Below, piece after piece: positions 57,433 through 64,000 of a stretch of 64,000 bases of DNA. Below the pieces are notes generated by a model. That model was given only the letters and a program-made list of their open reading frames with translations, was not told the origin of the DNA and ran no database searches. Made by a program: the position numbers and the translations under genes. Positions within the stretch are counted from its first letter, which is position 1; each line of letters begins with the position of its first letter. This DNA is from Gemmatimonadota bacterium. GTDB taxonomy: Bacteria > Gemmatimonadota > Gemmatimonadetes > Longimicrobiales > Gaopeijiaceae. Location: the NCBI GenBank assembly GCA_039589315.1, contig JBDHHQ010000053.1:1-64000 (forward strand), read 5' to 3'.

Positions 57433-58607
57433 GCCTGGCGGCGACTCGCATGACGAGGGATGCTCCTGCCGCCTTGACGGCCGGCTCCATGATAACGCCT
57501 CCGCATCGGGGGCGGCCCGAGCCGGTGCGGGCCCTCCTGCCGTTGGTTTGCGTCCTGGCCCTCGGAGCCGCGGCTCCGGCCTTCGGCCAGCAGCCTGGCG
57601 GGGGTGACGGCACGATCTACATGGGCACCTACGCCGAGTCCATCTATGTCATCGACGAGGCGACGCTGGAGGTCACGGGCCAGATCGAGATGGACACGGG
57701 CATCCCCATCGACATCACCCGGTCGGCCGACGGCGAGCGTCTCTACGTGCGCGACGCCACCATGCAGTACGTCGAGGTCGTGGACGTCGCTTCGGGTCGA
57801 GTGGTGGATTCGTTCACGCTGAGTCACCGCAACACCCACTTCCGGTTCCGCGGCATGGCGATCGACCCGCAGGAGCGCTTCGTGGTCCTCAACGGGCGGG
57901 CGTACGCCAAGGAGCTGGATCGCTGGGACGTGGGACCCCACGTCATCCTCAGGGTCGATCTGGACACCCACGAAGTCACGGACACGATTCCGTGGCCCGA
58001 CGGCGAGGAGCGGGAGTTCGTCCGGCTCATCTTCTCGCCTGACGGTGAGCTCCTCTACTTCTTCGCGGACGACATCATCGCTCTGGAGACGGAGGGCTTC
58101 ACCGAGGTCGACCGCTGGGAGCTCTCGCGTCCGCTCGAGTTCGGCATGGGACGCTTTCGCTTCGGGTTCCCCCAGAGCCCCCACGCCGAGGAGGGCGTCT
58201 TCACCGGCTTGTTCCGCACTGACGACCCGGTGCAGGGACGATCGATGATGGGTGTCGCGCGCGTCAGCCTGGCCGAGCGTGACGTGGAATTCTACACGCT
58301 GGGGCCCAGCGAGTCGGTGGAGTTCCAACTCGCCCCTGGCGGCCAGCGGGCGTACGGCCTGCTGGAGGAGATCGGGCGATACGAATTCTGGACGTTCGAC
58401 CTGGAGAACCGGCGGATCGAGAGCCGCGTCCCCTTCCCGGGCCGTCCCCGCATGGCCCTCATGCCCAGCTCCAACGGTGACCTGCTCTATGTGTACGCGG
58501 CCGGCAACACCATCGACGTCTACGACGCCAATGGCCACGAGCTGCTGCGCACCGTGGAATACGACGCGGACATGACGGAGTGGCTGCTGGTGCCCGGCGG
58601 TCCGTAG
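57429..58607 (+). CDS. qhpB: QHNDH beta subunit (beta-propeller)
   Basis: Overlaps the qhpC stop (ATGA); signal-like segment then YVTN-like propeller repeats (SADGERLYV, FSPDGELLY, SSNGDLLYV). Exact start uncertain. Confidence 0.8.
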   Translation: MSLAATRMTRDAPAALTAGSMITPPHRGRPEPVRALLPLVCVLALGAAAPAFGQQPGGGDGTIYMGTYAESIYVIDEATLEVTGQIEMDTGIPIDITRSADGERLYVRDATMQYVEVVDVASGRVVDSFTLSHRNTHFRFRGMAIDPQERFVVLNGRAYAKELDRWDVGPHVILRVDLDTHEVTDTIPWPDGEEREFVRLIFSPDGELLYFFADDIIALETEGFTEVDRWELSRPLEFGMGRFRFGFPQSPHAEEGVFTGLFRTDDPVQGRSMMGVARVSLAERDVEFYTLGPSESVEFQLAPGGQRAYGLLEEIGRYEFWTFDLENRRIESRVPFPGRPRMALMPSSNGDLLYVYAAGNTIDVYDANGHELLRTVEYDADMTEWLLVPGGP

Positions 58608-58612
58608 GGTAG

Positions 58613-60370
58613 GTGCGCACGCCTTCCCGCTCCGGTCTTCTCGGGGACCGCGAGTTTCGTTGGGCCCTGCGGTATGTCCGGCCCTATCTGCCGGCCCTGG
58701 CGCTGGTGCTGGGCCTCAGCTCGCTGGGGACGCTCCTCTCGCTCTACCTGCCCTACCTGTCCAAGGATCTGGTGGACAACGCCCTGCTGGGCGGGAGTCG
58801 CGCGGCTTTGCTCCGGATCGTCGGGCTGTTCGTCGGGCTCACGGTGCTGAGCTATGGGCTGAACGTGATCGGCGGGCTGCGCTACACCCGAGTCTCGGCA
58901 GACATCCTCTTCGACATGCGGCTGGACCTGTACCGGCACCTCCAGCGGCTCTCTCCCAGGTTCTACGCCGAGACGCCCCTGGGCGACATCGTCTCCCGGA
59001 TCAACAACGACATCAGCGAGATCCAACGCATCGCCTCGGAGACGGTACTGGCGTGGATCGGCAACGTACTGTTCCTGGCGGGCACGGTGTTCATGCTCCT
59101 TTGGCTCGATCCCCTGCTCTTCCTGGTCAGCCTCGCGGTGCTGCCCCCGAGCCTCTGGGCCCTGGTGCATTACCGACGGAGGCTGGAAAGCAGCGTCCGG
59201 GTCCTGCGGGAGCGGAGCGCGGACATCGGGACGTTCCTAATCGAAACGCTGCAGGGGATGAAGCTGGTGGTGGCGTCCAACGCCCAGGCCCGTGAGGGCG
59301 ATCGCTTCCGGAGCAAGAACGACGACTTCATCGGCGCCCTCATGTCCATGAGGCTGCTCACGTACCTGTCCGGGGGACTTCCCGGGCTGATCCTGTCCGG
59401 TGGCATCGCGGTGGTGTTCCTGGTGGGCGGACAGCGAGTGATCGGGGGCGCGATCACGATGGGCACGTTCGTGGCGTTCATGGCCTACCAGATGAGGCTC
59501 CTCTCGCCCATCCGGGGAATGATGGGACTGTACGCCAACCTGGCCACCGCCCGAGTGTCCCTGCGGCGGGTCCACGAGGTCCTGGACGCGCCGGTGGAGG
59601 TGACCGATCCGCCGGACCCGGTGACGTTGGACACCGTCCGGGGCGCCATCGACCTGGACGACGTCACGTTCACCTTCGGCCGGGGCGCCCCGGTGTTGGA
59701 CGGGGTCAGCCTCTCGGTGGCACCGGGCCAGGTGGTGGCGATCGTGGGGCCCAGCGGCAGCGGCAAATCCACCATCGTGGACCTGCTGACCCGGCATCTG
59801 GACCCGGACGCCGGGATCGTTCGGTTGGACGGTCATGACCTGCGCGACCTCCGTCTCGCCGACGTAAGGCACCACGTGGCCGCGGTGGAGCACGCTCCCT
59901 TCGTGTTCAATACCACCCTGGCGGAGAACGTCCGCTACGCTCTTCCCGGCGCCGACCCGGCGGCCATCGACGCGGCGGCCCGAGCCGCGGGGCTGGGCGA
60001 CTTCGTAGACGCGCTCCCCGAGCGGCTCGACACACCCGTAGGCGAGCGGGGCCGGGCCCTCTCTGCGGGTCAACGCCAACGCCTCGGCATCGCTCGGGCC
60101 CTGCTACGCGACCCGGCCGTGCTGGTCCTCGACGAAGCTACCGGGGCCCTGGATCCTGCCGCCGAAGATCTGGTGGTGGCGGGGTACGAAGCGGTCATGC
60201 GGGGTAGGACCACGATGCTCATCACCCACCGCATGGAGATGGCCCGGAGGGCGGATCGGGTGGTCGTGCTCCGAGGCGGGCGGATCGTCGAGGACGGTCC
60301 GCCTGCGGAGCTTCTGGCCCGGCAAGGCGCCTTCCATCGGCTGTTCGTGGATGCCGCCACACTGGCCTGA
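58613..60370 (+). CDS. qhpF: ABC exporter (fused TMD-NBD) of the QHNDH cluster
   Basis: GDIVSRINND, GPSGSGKST, LSAGQRQR, VLVLDEAT, ITHR. Confidence 0.88.
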   Translation: MRTPSRSGLLGDREFRWALRYVRPYLPALALVLGLSSLGTLLSLYLPYLSKDLVDNALLGGSRAALLRIVGLFVGLTVLSYGLNVIGGLRYTRVSADILFDMRLDLYRHLQRLSPRFYAETPLGDIVSRINNDISEIQRIASETVLAWIGNVLFLAGTVFMLLWLDPLLFLVSLAVLPPSLWALVHYRRRLESSVRVLRERSADIGTFLIETLQGMKLVVASNAQAREGDRFRSKNDDFIGALMSMRLLTYLSGGLPGLILSGGIAVVFLVGGQRVIGGAITMGTFVAFMAYQMRLLSPIRGMMGLYANLATARVSLRRVHEVLDAPVEVTDPPDPVTLDTVRGAIDLDDVTFTFGRGAPVLDGVSLSVAPGQVVAIVGPSGSGKSTIVDLLTRHLDPDAGIVRLDGHDLRDLRLADVRHHVAAVEHAPFVFNTTLAENVRYALPGADPAAIDAAARAAGLGDFVDALPERLDTPVGERGRALSAGQRQRLGIARALLRDPAVLVLDEATGALDPAAEDLVVAGYEAVMRGRTTMLITHRMEMARRADRVVVLRGGRIVEDGPPAELLARQGAFHRLFVDAATLA

Positions 60371-61115
60371 GGGCGCGCGACTGGGGCTCGACCATCCGGT
60401 CCTGGCCGGGGTGGTCGGGGCCGGTGTTCGGGTCGCGGTCGTCGACAGTGGCGTCCACGGAGACCACCCCCATGTCGGGGGCATCCAGGGCGGGGTCGGC
60501 TTCATGGCAGACGGACGTGTCGTGCCGGATCACGTCGACCAGTTGGGGCACGGGACGGCCGTGGCCGCCGCCGTACGGGAGAAGGCCCCGGCCGTGGAGG
60601 TCTACGCGGTGCGGGTCTTCCACGACGAGCTCTCCACCAGCGCGCGGGCTCTGGTCAAGGCCATCGACTGGGCGACGGAACGGGGGACTCGGCTGATCAA
60701 CCTGAGCCTGGGCACCCCCAACCCCGCCCACGAGGCGGAGCTGGCGGCTGCGGTCGCGCGGGCCGATGCCGCTGGCTCCATCGTGGTCTCGGCCGCGGAG
60801 CAGGACGGCCGCCCCGCCTGGCCCGGCATTCTCGACGATTCGGTCGGGGTACTGCTGGACTGGTCCGTGGACCGGGACGCCCTCCGGCTCACCCGCGACC
60901 ACCGGGGCGGAGCCGCACTGGCAGCGTCCGGATACCCCCGCCCCATCCCCGGCATCCCGCCGAAGAAGAACCTGGCGGGCATCAGCTTCTCGGTCGCGAA
61001 CGTCACGGGTGTGTTGGCGCGCGTCCTCGAGGCGGAGCCCCGAGCCCGGCGGGCGGCTGGCCTGCTGGAGGTCGTGTCCGCCTATGCGTGGCCCGTGTCG
61101 GCCGACGGCCCGTAG
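60351..61115 (+). CDS. qhpE: Short subtilisin-like leader peptidase
   Basis: VAVVDSG, GHGT, INLSLG, GISFS (catalytic Ser); no signal or propeptide. Confidence 0.85.
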   Translation: MPPHWPEGARLGLDHPVLAGVVGAGVRVAVVDSGVHGDHPHVGGIQGGVGFMADGRVVPDHVDQLGHGTAVAAAVREKAPAVEVYAVRVFHDELSTSARALVKAIDWATERGTRLINLSLGTPNPAHEAELAAAVARADAAGSIVVSAAEQDGRPAWPGILDDSVGVLLDWSVDRDALRLTRDHRGGAALAASGYPRPIPGIPPKKNLAGISFSVANVTGVLARVLEAEPRARRAAGLLEVVSAYAWPVSADGP

Positions 61116-61567
61116 ATCCCCGGCACCTTGCCGCCTGCCGGCCGGATGTACGTGCTGAGCTGCCCACGGTGATGGATCTGGTCGAACAGGAAGCCCCACA
61201 TGATCTGGCTGGCCGGGGACTCCAACGCCAGGTGCTCGCCGGCCCACATCTTGGCGGTCGCACCCCACGCCTCGTCGCTCATCCTACCCAGCTTCTCCTC
61301 GAGCTCGGTGTGGGCAGATTCGTACAGCTCCAAAGCCTCGTCCAAGGTGTCGAACTCGACCACGTTGCGATGGTGGATCACACCGTCGTCAATGAGCTCC
61401 ACCAGGTCCTGTTCGTGGCCGATGATGTGGCCGATGAGCTCGCGGGCGGTCCTGGCCTTGGGCTCCGGGCGTTGGTCGAGGCCTGCTGCGGGCATCGCGG
61501 CGATGACCTTCCTGGAAAGGCCGGCTTCGTGGGCGCAACAGCCCATGTAGAACTGTCGGTTGTCCAT
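61082..61567 (-). CDS. DinB-family protein
   Basis: RPEPKARTARELIGH, IHHRGQLSTYIR, VPGIYGPSAD. Confidence 0.88.
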   Translation of the reverse strand: MDNRQFYMGCCAHEAGLSRKVIAAMPAAGLDQRPEPKARTARELIGHIIGHEQDLVELIDDGVIHHRNVVEFDTLDEALELYESAHTELEEKLGRMSDEAWGATAKMWAGEHLALESPASQIMWGFLFDQIHHRGQLSTYIRPAGGKVPGIYGPSADTGHA

Positions 61568-61837
61568 GACTTCTCTCCGAAGCAATCTCATGCGTTGTCG
61601 GATCGAGCTCCCCGTGCGGGAGCTCCGGGGCGCTGAAGTTGTGCTCTGCCCCCGACCGCTGCAAGCACCCTTTACGGGGGCCCCGTATCGTGGATGTGCT
61701 GCCGTGAATCAGGGGACGAGATCACTGTGGGCGGGCGGCAGGGGAGTGCGCGACCGGCCGAGTTCGACCGCCCACGGCGGGTCCGCAGAGCACGTCTCTC
61801 GGCCTGGTGGAACGGCGCTTCCAAGGGGGGCGCCGCC

Positions 61838-62953
61838 CTACCGGACCAGCGGCCGGCCCAGGATCCGCACCCACTCCTCGTAGGCCGGCTTCGGCTGAAG
61901 CGCTTCGTCGAGAATGCCCATGGTGGCGAAGTTGCTCAGGGTGGACTCCCTCTCCGCCGAGAGCCCCCATCCGTCCAACGCCAGGTCGGCAGGAATCAGG
62001 AAGACCCACAGCGCACCGTCCACGCTGTCAAGGAGCTGCTCGAATCGTCGGAAGAACGCGGCCTGTTCGACGGGCGTCCCGCTGCCCCAGGCCGTGGCGC
62101 CGGAGCTCCAGCCGCCCTCCACCAGGATCAGAGGCAGGTCCGTGTGCTGCTGGAAGCGGCTGAAGTAGTCGTCCGGGATGAGCGCGGGCTCCTCGAATAC
62201 GAAGACGGGATACGACGACAAGCCCAGGGCGTCGATGTCGAAGTCGTCAATGAGGGCGAAGTGGTCCGCCCCGTCGGGAATGAGCAGATTCCACGCGTCA
62301 TCGACCTGGAAGGAGACGAAGACCTGGATGCCCGGCTGCAACGCCCGAACCTCCGCCGCCATGTCGTTGATCATGTCCACCAGGGCGACGTAGCGCGTCG
62401 GATCGCCGTGAGCACCCAGCGTGTTGATCTCGGAGGCGAGCCCTAGATACCCAGGCTGGATGCGCCGCACCACGGTCCTCACCCACTCCTCGTGGAGGGC
62501 CCGGATCTCGGGTTCCAGGATGCTACGGCCGGCCTCCACCAGCTCGAGCGGCTCGCGCCTTCGATCGAGACCGTCCAGCGGGTCCACCACGAAGACGATG
62601 TCCTCCGTGCCCAGAGCCCGCATGTAGTCCGCCAGGCCGCCGGGCTCCTCCACGAGCTCGTCCAGGGGGTCGCCGGCCAGGATCCGTGACCAGGGCGGAG
62701 CCGACTGCATGAGGGTCACCTCGCCCAGCTCGACCACGAGCTCGGCTGTGGCCAGAACCGATTCCGTGGTCAGTCGGGGGGGCGTCACGGACCAGCCCAT
62801 GGCGAAGGTACGCGGCTCATCCTGGGGTAGTACCGGGTCCTGGGGATCCGTGGTGCTGGAGCAGGCCCCCACCATGAGCGCGGTCGTGGCCTGCAGGGTG
62901 GCTCTCCTGAGCGTGCACGTCCAAGTTCGAGCACTGAGGACGGGGCTGATCAT
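61838..62953 (-). CDS. Lipoprotein with a putative GH-A-like TIM barrel
   Basis: VGAC lipobox; YLGLASEIN, LGLSSYP, LILVEGGW, MGI..KPAY..W. Start uncertain. Confidence 0.6.
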   Translation of the reverse strand: MISPVLSARTWTCTLRRATLQATTALMVGACSSTTDPQDPVLPQDEPRTFAMGWSVTPPRLTTESVLATAELVVELGEVTLMQSAPPWSRILAGDPLDELVEEPGGLADYMRALGTEDIVFVVDPLDGLDRRREPLELVEAGRSILEPEIRALHEEWVRTVVRRIQPGYLGLASEINTLGAHGDPTRYVALVDMINDMAAEVRALQPGIQVFVSFQVDDAWNLLIPDGADHFALIDDFDIDALGLSSYPVFVFEEPALIPDDYFSRFQQHTDLPLILVEGGWSSGATAWGSGTPVEQAAFFRRFEQLLDSVDGALWVFLIPADLALDGWGLSAERESTLSNFATMGILDEALQPKPAYEEWVRILGRPLVR

Positions 62954-63142
62954 TCGGCGAGGTCTCCGGATCAGTCGATCTTCGTGTCCCCCAAGTCGTC
63001 GACCGGGGAGGCTCGGTCCAGAAGGGTGCCCCTCCGCCGGATCGAAACTCGGCTCCTGCTGCTCTACGAGCTCCCTGTAGTGCTGCCGGTACCTGGCCCG
63101 CACCTCGTCCGAGCGAAGGACGACCGGAGCGCCGAGCGCTCC

Positions 63143-63868
63143 TCAAGCACCGCCTTGCAGATGTAGCTCCGTCGTCCCGGCGCCGATCTCGACCAGTTGC
63201 TCCGACTGCAGCGCCGGATCCACGTTCCACACCCTGAGGCGGTACCGACCCGGCGGTACGCCATCGAACGTGAATGCGCCGTCTGCCGCGGCCACGACCG
63301 CATACGGCTCCGTCACGACGACCAGATGCCCCAACATGCCCGGATGGATGTCACAGGCCACTGCGTACAGCCCGGTCCGGTCGAAGGTGTGCACGTAGGG
63401 ATCGCCGATGACGGGGTTGACGCTGAAGATCATGGAGTCCGTCGCGGTCTCGACGACCCGAACGTTGTGGGAGACCTCTTCGCTGTTCCGAAACTCGACC
63501 AGTTGGCCCCTTCGGGCCACGAGGAGGCGTGGGACGAACGCGATGGCGAACTGGTCCATGACCGCCGGCTCGGTGGGCACCGGGCTCTCGCCAGGCGGCT
63601 CGGGAGCCAGGGTGACCACCGATCGGATGTCGCCCGTCGCGGAGGGCGCAGTGCCGACCACCATCGACGCTTCCGCGCCATCTGCGGGCTGATCGCCTTC
63701 CGGGCCCGCACAGGCAGATGCAGGAAGCAGGGTCAAACAGGCGAAGACGGCGGTCCAGCGCCAGCCACGCCCCCGCGACTCAGACTGGATCGTGATGATC
63801 TCTTCTGTACTTGGCACGAGCACCCCCCGATGACCGGTGGCTGGTGAAGATCTCCCCGCACTGGTCAT
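63143..63868 (-). CDS. Exported cupredoxin + carboxypeptidase-regulatory-like domain protein
   Basis: MDQ..AFVP, FRNSE..SHNV, CDIHPGM type-1 Cu ligands; DGAFTFDGVPPGRYRLRVW. Start uncertain. Confidence 0.78.
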   Translation of the reverse strand: MTSAGRSSPATGHRGVLVPSTEEIITIQSESRGRGWRWTAVFACLTLLPASACAGPEGDQPADGAEASMVVGTAPSATGDIRSVVTLAPEPPGESPVPTEPAVMDQFAIAFVPRLLVARRGQLVEFRNSEEVSHNVRVVETATDSMIFSVNPVIGDPYVHTFDRTGLYAVACDIHPGMLGHLVVVTEPYAVVAAADGAFTFDGVPPGRYRLRVWNVDPALQSEQLVEIGAGTTELHLQGGA

Positions 63869-63886
63869 ATGCGGGTGCGGGCGAGT

Positions 63887-63930
63887 TGACAATCACACCA
63901 CGGAATCCGATACTCTACAGGGGTATAGTA
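63887..63930 (+). promoter_or_regulatory. Sigma70-type promoter with CsoR/RcnR-like operator
   Basis: TTGACA(63887)-N17-GATACT; palindrome TACTCTAC-AGGG-GTATAGTA at 63911-63930. Confidence 0.55.
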
Positions 63931-63960
63931 CTCCGTCATGATACGTCGGGTATGCCGCAC

Positions 63961-64000
63961 ATGAGCACCACAGCGCACGCGCACGCAATGGGGATCGCAG
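63961..64000 (+). CDS. 5' fragment of a gene (MSTTAHAHAMGIA...), possibly a metal-sensing regulator
   Basis: ATG downstream of the promoter/operator and His-containing N-terminus; only 13 codons visible. Confidence 0.3.
   Translation, partial: MSTTAHAHAMGIA

Noticed and set aside
52052..61115. rSAM + small Cys-rich peptide + protease + ABC exporter as a novel RiPP cluster
   Set aside because: All components match the known QHNDH (qhp) system.
1..64000. CRISPR arrays, tRNA/rRNA (including tRNA-Sec), IS elements, integrases
   Set aside because: None recognised by eye; tool-based scans were not possible.

Overview
High-GC bacterial window; the gene repertoire (orphan duplicated ABC permeases with PadR, TolB-like/TPR membrane proteins, DUF5916-type outer-membrane protein) suggests Gemmatimonadota or a similar lineage, by inference only. 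About 45 coding genes; I recognised no rRNA, tRNA, CRISPR array, integrase or transposase. Highlights: (1) a lower-GC segment at about 14.8-18.8 kb encoding a TAXI solute-binding domain fused to a 2-TM ion-channel pore (non-K+ filter SGFDD) and an RCK domain, with an internal SD+ATG for a soluble RCK subunit. It is followed by a TIR-domain gene and lies head-to-head with a stand-alone SIR2-like gene; this is the best candidate for an undescribed signalling or defence system. (2) An ArsM-like methyltransferase at 46465-47262 with an in-frame UGA at the conserved Cys position followed by a SECIS-like hairpin, i.e. a likely selenoprotein truncated in the ORF track. (3) A complete quinohemoprotein amine dehydrogenase cluster (qhpG-A-D-C-B-F-E) whose gamma subunit carries an extra Cys-X5-Asp that could form a fourth thioether crosslink. 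(4) A membrane P-loop ATPase paired with MscS, a class III cyclase with non-canonical specificity residues, PadR- and CsoR-type operator candidates, and three genes with local lesions. All calls come from motif recognition; no database searches were run.
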